In this document: piece after piece, positions 1 to 9,507 of the stretch | Position numbering within the stretch: the first letter of the stretch is position 1 | How the letters are laid out: each line of letters starts with the position of its first letter | Assembly (NCBI GenBank): GCA_038231275.1 | Contig: JBBRLQ010000009.1 | Coordinates: 32,001 to 96,000, forward strand | Origin: Polyangiales bacterium | Lineage (GTDB): Bacteria > Myxococcota_A > Polyangia > Polyangiales > Polyangiaceae | DNA length: 64,000 bases | Reading direction: 5' to 3' | Program-made: the position numbers and the translations under genes | Notes under the pieces: model-generated | What the model was told of the DNA's origin: nothing | Seen by the model: only the letters and a program-made list of their open reading frames with translations | Databases searched by the model: none

Positions 1-1770
1 ACGATCGACGAGCTCATCGCCGCCTGCGACGTCGTGCTCACCGGCCGCTACGCCGTGCACCACCAAGAGCAGATGTACATCGAGCCGCAAGGCATGATCG
101 CGCACTGGGAGGAGGAGGGCGGACCGACCCCGGGGGTCCACGTTACGGGCTCCCTCCAATGCCCCTTCTACGTGCACAAGGCGATGAAGCGCGCGTTCGG
201 GCTCGAGGGCGACAAGGTCCACATCGGCCAAGCGGTGACCGGCGGCGGCTTCGGAGGAAAAGAGGAGTACCCCAGCATCGTCGCCGCGCACGCCGCGCTC
301 CTCTCCAAGGTGGCCGGCAAGCCGGTCCGCATGATCTACGGCCGCAAAGAAGACATCGAGGCCACGACCAAGCGCCACCCGGCGCGCGTCGAGATCACGA
401 CGGGATGCACCAAGACCGGCGAGCTCGTCGCGCTGAAGATCGAGTGCGCTATGGACGGCGGCGCGTACGTCACGCTCACGCCAGTGGTCCTCTCGCGCGG
501 CATCCTCCACGCGGCCGGCGCCTACAAGTGGAAGCACGCGCGCGTGCACGGCTGGGCCGTCGCCACCAACACGCCGCCGAACGGCGCCTTCCGGGGCTTC
601 GGCGCGCCGCAGACGATCTGGGCGATCGAGCGCCACATGGACCGCCTCGCCGAAAAGCTCGGAAGAGAGCCGCTCGCGCTGCGCCAGCAGAACGTCCTCG
701 GCATCGGCTCGGTGACCGTCACCGGCCAGACGCTCACCGAGAGCGTCGGCGTCGTCGAGTGCATCGAGAAGGCCACCAAGGCCAGCGACTATTTCGTGAA
801 ACGTGCACACTACAATGAACCGTCGCCGCCCCACGCGCGCACGCGCCGCGGCATCGGGGCCGCCGTGTTCATGCATGGCGCGGGCTTCACCGGCAGCGGC
901 GAGCGGCGCCTCAAGGGGAAGGTTCAGGTCGACCTCGAGCAGGGCGGCGTCCTCCGCGTTCGCAGCGCGTCGACCGACATCGGGCAGGGCACCGAGACGA
1001 TCTTCCGCCAGATCGCCGCCGACGCCGCGGAGCTCCCGTTCGACTCCATCGTCGTCGAGACACCCAACACCTCGAACGTCCCCGACTCGGGCCCCACCGT
1101 CGCGTCGCGCACCGTCATGGTCGTCGGCTCCATCGTCGGCAAGGCCGCAAAGCAAGTCGCCGATCGCGTCCGCGGGACCGGCGCCGGCGACTTCGCGAAG
1201 CTCGCCGACGCGCTCCTCGCGAAGGAGAAGACCGTCAGCGCCCTCGTCGAGTACGAGCCGCCCCTCAAGATCCAGTTCAACGACGAGACGTACCGCGGCG
1301 ACGCGTACCCTTGCTACGCGTGGGCGTGCGACATCGCGGAGGTCGAGGTCGATCTCGACACCTTCGAGACCAAGGTGCTCGGGTTTTGGGCCGCGCAGGA
1401 CATCGGCAAGGCCATCCACCCGCTGATGTGCGCCGGCCAGGTCGAAGGCGGCACGCTGCAGGCCATTGGCTGGGCGCTCTACGAGAACGTCGTCTGGAAG
1501 GACGGGCACATCATGAACCCGCGCATGACCAACTACGTGATCCCAACCAGCAAGGACGCGCCGCCGTTCACGACGTTCCTCGTCGAGCACCCGTTCTCGG
1601 GCGGACCGAGCGGCGCAAAGGGGGTCGGTGAGCTCCCGATGGATGGCGGGGCGCCCGCGATCGCGGCCGCCGTCGAGCAGGCGATACGTGCAAAGTGCAA
1701 CGATCTGCCGCTTCTCCCCGAGGATCTGTTCCGCGCCGTACGCGCGGCCCGCGAAGGAGCGCGATCGTGA
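1..1770 (+). CDS. Xanthine dehydrogenase family molybdopterin-binding subunit (5' end truncated by the window)
   Basis: Frame is open from position 1. Molybdenum-hydroxylase motifs GGGFGGKE, AFRGFG, DIGQG, GQVEGG and AKGVGE are present. It is followed by FeS and FAD subunit genes and purine catabolism genes. Confidence 0.9.
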   Translation, partial: TIDELIAACDVVLTGRYAVHHQEQMYIEPQGMIAHWEEEGGPTPGVHVTGSLQCPFYVHKAMKRAFGLEGDKVHIGQAVTGGGFGGKEEYPSIVAAHAALLSKVAGKPVRMIYGRKEDIEATTKRHPARVEITTGCTKTGELVALKIECAMDGGAYVTLTPVVLSRGILHAAGAYKWKHARVHGWAVATNTPPNGAFRGFGAPQTIWAIERHMDRLAEKLGREPLALRQQNVLGIGSVTVTGQTLTESVGVVECIEKATKASDYFVKRAHYNEPSPPHARTRRGIGAAVFMHGAGFTGSGERRLKGKVQVDLEQGGVLRVRSASTDIGQGTETIFRQIAADAAELPFDSIVVETPNTSNVPDSGPTVASRTVMVVGSIVGKAAKQVADRVRGTGAGDFAKLADALLAKEKTVSALVEYEPPLKIQFNDETYRGDAYPCYAWACDIAEVEVDLDTFETKVLGFWAAQDIGKAIHPLMCAGQVEGGTLQAIGWALYENVVWKDGHIMNPRMTNYVIPTSKDAPPFTTFLVEHPFSGGPSGAKGVGELPMDGGAPAIAAAVEQAIRAKCNDLPLLPEDLFRAVRAAREGARS

Positions 1771-2243
1771 TCCGCTTCAAGGTCAACGGCGCCGCGCGCG
1801 AGACCGACGCGCCGCCCCTGGCGCGATTGCTCGATGTTCTTCGCGTACCCCTCGGGCTCACCGGGACCAAGGAGGGCTGCGGAGAAGGGGAGTGCGGCGC
1901 GTGCTCGGTCCTCCTCGACGGCGTGCCGGTCAACTCGTGCCTCGTCGCCGTTGGGCAGTGCGAAGGCCGAGACATCGTCACCGTCGAAGGGCTCGCCCAT
2001 GGAGAAGAGCTGACACCGCTGCAGCGCGCGTTCGTCGAGGATGGCGGCGCGCAGTGCGGCATCTGCACGCCGGGCATGCTCGTCGCCGCGGAGGCGCTCC
2101 TGCGCCGGAACACCCGACCCACCGATGACGACATCCGCGACGCCATCGCCGGCAACCTATGCCGGTGCACGGGCTACCAGCGCATCGTCGACTCGATCCA
2201 GGCCGCCGCCGCCGCCGTTCGCGCGAAAGGGAGCCGAGCATGA
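1767..2243 (+). CDS. Xanthine dehydrogenase family (2Fe-2S)-binding subunit
   Basis: GTG start overlaps the upstream TGA (GTGA). Motifs GTKEGCGEGECGAC, QCGICTPG and NLCRCTGY. Confidence 0.93.
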   Translation: MIRFKVNGAARETDAPPLARLLDVLRVPLGLTGTKEGCGEGECGACSVLLDGVPVNSCLVAVGQCEGRDIVTVEGLAHGEELTPLQRAFVEDGGAQCGICTPGMLVAAEALLRRNTRPTDDDIRDAIAGNLCRCTGYQRIVDSIQAAAAAVRAKGSRA

Positions 2244-3139
2244 GCGCCTATGCCCCCGCCGGCCTCGAGCGCACGGAGATGGCGCGTCCCAAGACGATCG
2301 TCGAAGCGTGCAGGATCCTCGCGCAGGCCGTTCGGGCAAAAAAGACCGCGAGCCTGCTCGCCGGCGGCACAGACGTCATCGTCGATCGCCACCTGATGCC
2401 CGTGGCGAAGGCGCACGCGATCGATTTGATCGTCGACGTCACCGGAGTCGAGGAGCTCGTGCGCATCTCCGAACGCGACGTCGGCGGCGAGCGGCACCTC
2501 GTCTTCGGAGGCGGCGTCACCTACTGGCAGCTCCGCACCGACGCGCGCGTCACGGGCACGATCCCCATGCTCGACGCGATGGCCAAAGACGTCGGCGCCG
2601 TGCAGATCCAGACGCGCGGCACACTCGCCGGAAACATCGCGACCGCGTCGCCCGCGGCCGATGGCGTGCCGGCGCTGATGGCGCTCGACGGCAAGGTCAC
2701 GCTCGTCAAGGACGGCGGCGCGCGCACGGTGCCGCTCGACCAGTTCTTCCTCGCGTACCGGAAGACCGTGCTCGCGCCCGACGAGCTCATCGCTGAGATC
2801 GCCGTTCGCGTTCCAAAGGACGGCGCGCGCGTTCGGTGGCGAAAGGTCGGCACCCGCCTCGCGCAGGCGATCAGCAAAGTGGCGCTCGCGAGCGTCGTCG
2901 AAGAGGAGGGCGGCGTCATCACGCGCGCGCGCTTCGGGATGGCGTCGGTCGCCGCAGTCCCGCACCCGCTCGCCGGCGTGCGCGCCCTCGTCGAAGGAAA
3001 ATCCACCAAGAGCCTCGACCGAGCCGCCATCGACGCGGCGATCGACCGAGAAATCAAGCCGATCGACGACGTGCGCAGCACCGGGCCGTACCGGCTCCAC
3101 GTGGCCAAGGCGCTCGTGTGGCGGGCGCTCGCTCCATGA
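2240..3139 (+). CDS. Xanthine dehydrogenase family FAD-binding subunit
   Basis: ATGA overlap with the upstream gene. Motifs LAGGTD, QIQTRGTLAGNIATASPAAD and PIDDVRST..YR. Confidence 0.9.
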   Translation: MSAYAPAGLERTEMARPKTIVEACRILAQAVRAKKTASLLAGGTDVIVDRHLMPVAKAHAIDLIVDVTGVEELVRISERDVGGERHLVFGGGVTYWQLRTDARVTGTIPMLDAMAKDVGAVQIQTRGTLAGNIATASPAADGVPALMALDGKVTLVKDGGARTVPLDQFFLAYRKTVLAPDELIAEIAVRVPKDGARVRWRKVGTRLAQAISKVALASVVEEEGGVITRARFGMASVAAVPHPLAGVRALVEGKSTKSLDRAAIDAAIDREIKPIDDVRSTGPYRLHVAKALVWRALAP

Positions 3140-4494
3140 TCTTCGTCTCGCGCCGCGTCGCGCTCCCGGACGGCGTGCGCCCCGCGTCGGTGCACGTGAC
3201 GGGCGGCACGATCGTGAGCGTCCGCGGCCCTCTCGACCTCACGCCCGGCGAACCGGTCACGGACGTCGGCGAGGCGGTGCTCTTGCCGGGCCTCGTCGAC
3301 ACTCACGTCCACATCAACGATCCGGGCCGCGCCACGTGGGAGGGATTCGACACCGCTACGCGCGCGGCGGCGGCAGGCGGCGTCACTACGCTCGTCGACA
3401 TGCCGCTCAACAGCATCCCGCCGACGACGACCCTCGCCGGCCTCGAGGCCAAGGCGAGCGCCGCCGACGGGCGCCTCATGGTCGACGTCGGCTTCTGCGC
3501 CGGGCTCGTCCCGAGCAGCGTCGGCCAGCTCCGCGCGATGTGGGACGCTGGCGCGATCGCGTTCAAGTGCTTCCTCGCCGACTCCGGCGTCCCCGAGTTC
3601 TCGCACGTCGAAGAGGCGGATCTGGCCGCTGGCATGCGCGAGCTCGCCGGCTTCGGCGCGCCGCTGCTCGTCCACGCCGAGCTCCCGGGCCCCCTCGCCC
3701 GCGCGGCCGAGGCGCAAGCGAAGGCCGGCGCGATCGATCCGCGCACCTACGCCGCGTGGCTCGACTCCCGCCCGCGCGAAGCCGAGGACCTCGCGATCGA
3801 TCTCGTTATCCGCCTGTCGAAGGACACCGGCGCGCGCGCCCACGTCGTGCACCTCTCGAGCTCCACCGCGCTCGCCGCGATAAGGCGTGCCAAGGACGCG
3901 CACGCGCCGTTCAGCGCCGAGACGTGCCCGCACTACCTCACGTTCGCGGCCGAAGAGATCCCAGAGGGCGCCACCGAGTACAAGTGCGCGCCGCCGATCC
4001 GCGAAGCCGAGAACCGCGATCGGCTCTGGGACGCCCTCCGCGAGCGCCTCCTCGATCAAGTCGTCACCGATCACTCGCCGTCGACGGCGGAGCTGAAATG
4101 CTGCGGCTCCGGCGATTTCGTCGCCGCGTGGGGAGGCATCGCCTCGCTCCAGCTCGGACTCGCCGCGGTCTGGACGAGCGCGCGCGCGCGCGGCGCCACG
4201 ATCGCAGACGTCGCCGATTGGATGTGCGCGGCGCCGGCCCGCCTCGTCGGCCTCTACGGCGCGAAGGGCTGCATCGCAGCGGGTGCGTCGGCCGATTTCG
4301 CGGTCTGGGATCCGGACGCCGACTTCGCGGTCGACGCGCTCCGCCTCGAGCACAAGAACAAGGTGACGCCCTACCACGGGCGCACGCTGCGCGGACGCGT
4401 CCTCCAGACGTGGCTGCGCGGCGAGAAGATCTTCGACCGCGGGACCTTCCCGGCGTCTCCACGAGGACGCTGGCTGAGACGAGGAGCAGCATGA
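3136..4494 (+). CDS. allB: Allantoinase (amidohydrolase superfamily)
   Basis: ATGA overlap. Motifs PGLVDTHVHINDPGR..WEGF, DMPLNSIP, ETCPHYL, KCAPPIR, TDHSP and WGGIASLQ. Confidence 0.93.
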   Translation: MIFVSRRVALPDGVRPASVHVTGGTIVSVRGPLDLTPGEPVTDVGEAVLLPGLVDTHVHINDPGRATWEGFDTATRAAAAGGVTTLVDMPLNSIPPTTTLAGLEAKASAADGRLMVDVGFCAGLVPSSVGQLRAMWDAGAIAFKCFLADSGVPEFSHVEEADLAAGMRELAGFGAPLLVHAELPGPLARAAEAQAKAGAIDPRTYAAWLDSRPREAEDLAIDLVIRLSKDTGARAHVVHLSSSTALAAIRRAKDAHAPFSAETCPHYLTFAAEEIPEGATEYKCAPPIREAENRDRLWDALRERLLDQVVTDHSPSTAELKCCGSGDFVAAWGGIASLQLGLAAVWTSARARGATIADVADWMCAAPARLVGLYGAKGCIAAGASADFAVWDPDADFAVDALRLEHKNKVTPYHGRTLRGRVLQTWLRGEKIFDRGTFPASPRGRWLRRGAA

Positions 4495-5978
4495 GCGACT
4501 TCACCGAGCTGGTCGATCTGGCCGCCGAGCGCCTGGGCGCCGCGGCGATCGCGACGAACGACGATTTCTTCGCCTCGAAGGACAACCTCCTCAAGGCCGC
4601 GCCCGCGGTCTTCATCGACGGCAAGTACACCGATCGCGGAAAATGGATGGACGGCTGGGAGTCGCGCCGAAGGCGTACGCCCGGCCACGACTGGTGCATC
4701 GTGCGCCTCGGCGCGCCGGGCGTCGTGCACGGCGTCGTCGTCGACACCGCGTTCTTTCGTGGCAATTTCCCCGAGGAATGCTCGATTGAAGCGTGCAGTG
4801 TGCATGCAAACGCCGACGCCGCGTTCCTCACGTCGGGCGATGTGACGTGGTTCGAGCTCCTCCCGAGGACGACGCTGCAGGGCGACACGAAGAACGCGTT
4901 CGAGATCGCCGCGCGGCAACGCGTCACGCACCTGCGCCTCAACATCTTCCCCGACGGCGGCGTCGCGCGCCTGCGCGTGCACGGGCGGGTCATGCCCGAC
5001 GTGCGCTGGATGGGGAAGGCCGGCGCCGAGGTCGACCTCGCGAGCGTCGAGAACGGCGGCGTCGTCACGTCGTGCAACGACATGTTCTTCGGCTCGCGCC
5101 ACAACCTCGTCATGCCCGGGCGCGGCGTGAACATGGGCGACGGCTGGGAGACGAAGCGCAGCCGCCGCGAGGGACCTGACTGGGTCATCGTGAAGCTCGC
5201 CGCGCTCGGCGTGCTCTCGCGCGTCGAGGTCGACACCGCGCACTTCAAAGGGAACTTCCCCGAGAGCTGCGCGCTTCAAGCGCGGCGCGGCGATGGGCCG
5301 TGGCAGGACGTGCTCCTGCGCACCAAGCTGCAAGCGCACACGCGTCACTTCTACGACGCCGAGCTCCTCGCGCACGATCCCGCGACCGAGGTGCGCCTGC
5401 AAATTTTCCCCGACGGAGGCGTCAGCCGGCTCCGCCTCTGGGGGACGGTCACGACCGAGGGGCGCGAGGCGTTCGGCATCGAGCGGCTGAACCTGCTCTC
5501 TCCCTCCGACGCCGAGCGCGAGCTCCTCGCGTGCTGCGGCGCGCCGTCGTGGGCGAGAACGATGGTCGCCGCGCGCCCGTTCGCGAGCCTCTCTTTGGCG
5601 AAGAGCACCGCGCGTGAAGTTTGGAGCACCCTCACGAAGAGCCACTGGCTCGAGGCGTTCCGTGCGCATCCGCGCATTGGCGAGAAGAAGGCCGAGAAGG
5701 AACAAGGCGCGACCGCCAAGCAATGGTCGACCGAGGAGCAGTCGAAGGCCGCGACCGCGAGCGCCGAGACGATCGCCGCCCTCGAGGCCACGAACCGCGC
5801 GTACGAGGCCAAATTCGGCCACATCTACATCGTGTGCGCCACCGGCAAGACCGCCGACGAGATGCTGGCGCTCGCGAAGGCGCGCCTGGGGAACGACGCG
5901 GCGACCGAGCTCGCGGTCGCCGCCGAGGAGCAGGCCAAGATCACGGATTTGCGGCTCGAAAGATTGGTGAGGGGATGA
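4491..5978 (+). CDS. alc: Allantoicase fused to C-terminal OHCU decarboxylase (UraD) domain
   Basis: GAGGAG RBS and ATGA overlap. Two allantoicase repeats (MDGWESRRRR / MGDGWETKRSR, DTAFFRGNFP / DTAHFKGNFP, IFPDGGVARLR). From about 5475 the UraD motifs follow: EAFRAHPRIGE, EQS, YEAKFGHIYIVCATGK, EQAKITDLRL. Confidence 0.9.
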   Translation: MSDFTELVDLAAERLGAAAIATNDDFFASKDNLLKAAPAVFIDGKYTDRGKWMDGWESRRRRTPGHDWCIVRLGAPGVVHGVVVDTAFFRGNFPEECSIEACSVHANADAAFLTSGDVTWFELLPRTTLQGDTKNAFEIAARQRVTHLRLNIFPDGGVARLRVHGRVMPDVRWMGKAGAEVDLASVENGGVVTSCNDMFFGSRHNLVMPGRGVNMGDGWETKRSRREGPDWVIVKLAALGVLSRVEVDTAHFKGNFPESCALQARRGDGPWQDVLLRTKLQAHTRHFYDAELLAHDPATEVRLQIFPDGGVSRLRLWGTVTTEGREAFGIERLNLLSPSDAERELLACCGAPSWARTMVAARPFASLSLAKSTAREVWSTLTKSHWLEAFRAHPRIGEKKAEKEQGATAKQWSTEEQSKAATASAETIAALEATNRAYEAKFGHIYIVCATGKTADEMLALAKARLGNDAATELAVAAEEQAKITDLRLERLVRG

Positions 5979-6310
5979 GCATCACGACCCACGTCCTCGA
6001 TACGTCGCGCGGCAAGCCCGCCGCAGGCGTCGCGCTGCAATTGAGCTTGAGCGAAGGCGGCACCTTCCGCCTCCTCGGGCGCGGGATGACCGACGCGGAC
6101 GGGCGGTGCCGCGATCTGCTCACACCCGGGCCGCTCGCGCTCGGTGTCTACCGGGTGACGTTCGACGTCGCCGCGTACTTCGCAGCGCAGTCGATCGAGA
6201 CCTTCTACCCGACGGTGAACATCCACTTCGACGTGAAGGACGCGGGCGGTCACTACCACGTGCCGCTCCTCTTGAGCCCGTGGGGATATTCGACCTACCG
6301 GGGGAGCTGA
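5975..6310 (+). CDS. uraH: 5-hydroxyisourate hydrolase (transthyretin-like)
   Basis: N-terminal ITTHVLDTSRGKPA, DGR, HYHVPLLLSPWGYSTYRGS with the diagnostic C-terminal YRGS. Confidence 0.96.
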   Translation: MSITTHVLDTSRGKPAAGVALQLSLSEGGTFRLLGRGMTDADGRCRDLLTPGPLALGVYRVTFDVAAYFAAQSIETFYPTVNIHFDVKDAGGHYHVPLLLSPWGYSTYRGS

Positions 6311-6354
6311 CGTCGAGGAGTGGATGCGCGACGAACGAGGAGTAGTCTACGCCG

Positions 6355-7272
6355 ATGACGGACGAAGGCGCGAAGCCCCCGAGCGATCCCGAGACCGAGC
6401 CCAAGGACCCGAAGGCCGACCCCGCGGCACCTGCCGCGCCGGTCGTACCGGCCGCACCAGAGCGCGAGCGAACGGTGCTCGGCCTTGGAGACTCTCCGCC
6501 GGAGCCGGAGCCGGCCCCCAAGCCTGCCGCCGCGCCGGCGCCCGCGCCCGCGCGCGAGCCGACGGTGACCGGCGTGGGGCCGCGCGAAAAGACCGTCATC
6601 GGCATCGGCGAAGACCCGCCTTCGGCCGTCGGGCTGGTCGTCGCGCCGGAGCCATCGAAGCCGGAGGTCGCGAAGAAGAAGGCCGAGTCGGCGAAGCCCG
6701 CGGCCGAGGCGCGCGTGGTCCCCGAGCCGGCGCGCGAGAAGAAGAAGACCCCCGAGCGACCCGCACGCAAACGCGTCGCGGTGGACACGAGCGACTCGGT
6801 GCACATCCCCACCAGCGGAAGCGGCGGCAGGCTGCTTGCCATCGTCGCGCTCCTCGCGGTCGCGGGCGTCGCGTACGTCGAACGCGCGCGCATCTTCGGC
6901 GAGACGCCGGCGCCCGTGGTGCCTCCCGTCGTCCGCGACGTCGCCCCATCGAGCACGATCCCACCGCCGCCGCCGCCGAGCGCGATGGCGGCCGGTGCGG
7001 TCGACGCGACGACGCAGGACGCGATGGCGCTCGACGCCCAGAGCGACGCCCCCGCGTCCGACGCCGGGCGCGACGCTGGAATTACCGATGGGGGCCGCGC
7101 CGATGGCGGTCGCGACGCCGGCAAACCGGACGCCGGCAAGCCCGACGCCGGAAAGCCCGACGCGGGAAAGGCCGCGCCTGCACCGACCGCGCGCACCGGC
7201 GGCGCCCCGACCAAGCCTCCGCCGCCCAAGCCGGCGCCGAAGCCCAAGCCCGAGAGCGACAACCCGTATTGA
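6355..7272 (+). CDS. Proline-rich single-pass membrane protein, unknown function
   Basis: Codon usage fits the genome. One hydrophobic segment (LLAIVALLAVAGVAYV), repeated TV(L/T/I)G(L/V/I)G motifs, DAGKP repeats and a C-terminal NPY. Confidence 0.7.
   Translation: MTDEGAKPPSDPETEPKDPKADPAAPAAPVVPAAPERERTVLGLGDSPPEPEPAPKPAAAPAPAPAREPTVTGVGPREKTVIGIGEDPPSAVGLVVAPEPSKPEVAKKKAESAKPAAEARVVPEPAREKKKTPERPARKRVAVDTSDSVHIPTSGSGGRLLAIVALLAVAGVAYVERARIFGETPAPVVPPVVRDVAPSSTIPPPPPPSAMAAGAVDATTQDAMALDAQSDAPASDAGRDAGITDGGRADGGRDAGKPDAGKPDAGKPDAGKAAPAPTARTGGAPTKPPPPKPAPKPKPESDNPY
7114..7170 (+). repeat. 15-bp tandem repeat (about 4 copies) encoding DAGKP
   Basis: gacgccggcaaaccg gacgccggcaagccc gacgccggaaagccc gacgcgggaaag. 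Confidence 0.85.
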
Positions 7273-7295
7273 GCCGAAGTCTCCGCGGCGGCCGT

Positions 7296-7379
7296 TAGAG
7301 CAAGCGTCGTTACTACGTAACGCTTGCTCTAGCCTTCAGGTGGGTCGCTCCGGTCGTTTGCCCGCCACGGTCAAACGAC
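7296..7379. terminator. Two stem-loops between convergent genes; probable bidirectional terminator or palindromic element
   Basis: TAGAGCAAGCG(TCG)TTAC-tac-GTAACGCTTGCTCTA at 7296-7331 and GTCGTTTG-cccgccacggt-CAAACGAC at 7353-7379. Confidence 0.55.
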
Positions 7380-7394
7380 ATCCGCTCTACTTCG

Positions 7395-8932
7395 CTACTT
7401 TTTGTGCGGCTTGCGCGGCCGCTTGCGCACCGGTTTGCCCGGCTTCTTGGGCGGCTTCGGGTGCGGCGCGACCTTCGGTGCGCCCGCGTCGGTGGCCACG
7501 CGGTGACCGGCGTCGACGATCTCTTCCTCGCCCGCGTCTTCGTCGTCTTCGTCGTCTCCGCCGTCGTCGTCTCCGCCGTCGTCGAAGTCCATGGCCGCCA
7601 AAGGGGACGCATCCTCCATGGCCGTCGCGTCGATTGAGCCGCCCTCGTCGGCCGCGTCCGCGACGGGCGGTCGCTCGTCACTCTGCGCGAGCGTCGTCGA
7701 CGCGACGGACGCGGGCCCCTTCGTCTCATAGAACGTCTCGTACAGCTCGCGCGCGAAGATGGCCCCGTAGAGGAGGCAGGTCACCAGCGGAATGCTCGAA
7801 CGCCGCGCCCGCCGCAGAGGCACGGACTCCGATGCCGACGCCGACGCCGACGCCGACTCCGACTCCGACTCCGCCGCCGACCCCGCCGGCTCCGACGCCG
7901 GTTCCGGGGGCTTCGTCCGCGGGGGCGGCGGAGGCGGCGGCACGACCGGCTCGAGATCCCCCTCGGACAAGTGCTGCGTCGGCTCCACCGGGGGCGCGGC
8001 GGGGAGCGGCACCGAGATCGGCGCGAACGCGGGCACCGTCGCCGCCTCGCCGGCGTACTCGACGAGCACCTTCTCCACGTCGGCGCGCATCGCCGCCGCG
8101 TCCGGATAGCGATCCTCTCGCCGGAACGCGAGCGCGCGATCGATCACGCGCGCGAAGCGCTCCGACACGCTCGGCGCGACGTCGCGGATCGGCGGCGCGG
8201 GGAGCTTGGCCATCTTCGTGACGACCTCGACCGGGTTGTCGCCCTCGTGGATGCGCTTGCCGGTGAGGAGGCGGAAGCCGGTCGCGCCGACCGCGAACAA
8301 GTCGGTGCGCCCGTCGATCTCCTCGGTGCGCCCCGCGGCCTGCTCGGGAGACATGTACGATGGGGTCCCGAGCGCGAGGCCCGCGCCGGTCACGCGCTCG
8401 CCCTCCATGAGTCGCGCGAGGCCGAAATCGAGCACTTTCACGCGGAGCGCGCCGTCCTCGTCACGCGCGAGGAAGAGGTTCTCGGGCTTCAGATCGCGGT
8501 GGACCACGCCGTGCGCGTGCGCGGCCTCGAGCACCTCGAGCACGGCGCGCGCGATTGTCAGAAATTCGCGCTCCGTCAACGGAGGCGCACGCTCCGCGCG
8601 ATCCTGGAGCGACTCGCCGTCGAGCAGCTCCATCACGAGGTAGGCGGTGCCGTCGTCGGGGCCGCCGCTCACGATGTCGTCGTCGAGGACCTTCACCGCG
8701 CCGCGATGCTCGACGCGGTTTGCGGCGTACCCCTCGCGAAGGAAGCGTTCGCGCACCTGCGAGATCCGCGCGAGGTTCGAATGGAGCAGCTTCACCGCCG
8801 CGCGGGCGCCGTTGCGATGACGCCCGGCGTACACCGCCGCCATGCCGCCCACGCCGATGAGGCGCTCGAGCGTCCACTTGTCGTTCAGGACGTCGCCGAC
8901 GCGCGCCTGGGCCCGGACCTCCGCGTCGTCGC

Positions 8933-8936
<4 letters not shown>
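7395..8936 (-). CDS. Hanks-type Ser/Thr protein kinase with Pro-rich linker and possible C-terminal TM segment
   Basis: IGVGGMAAVY, AAVKLL, HRDLKPEN, DFG, GTPSYMSPEQ, DLFAVG. The proposed TTG start overlaps the upstream TGA; the start position is uncertain. Confidence 0.9.
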
Positions 8937-9463
<527 letters not shown>

Positions 9464-9507
9464 GGCCGACCCAATCTACCCGATCCTGCGCTGCCGCCGA
9501 AACGGCC

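Noticed and set aside
3336-4490. N-terminal extension of the allantoicase ORF (880 aa)
   Set aside because: It overlaps allB in another frame. The RBS and ATG at 4491 mark the real start.
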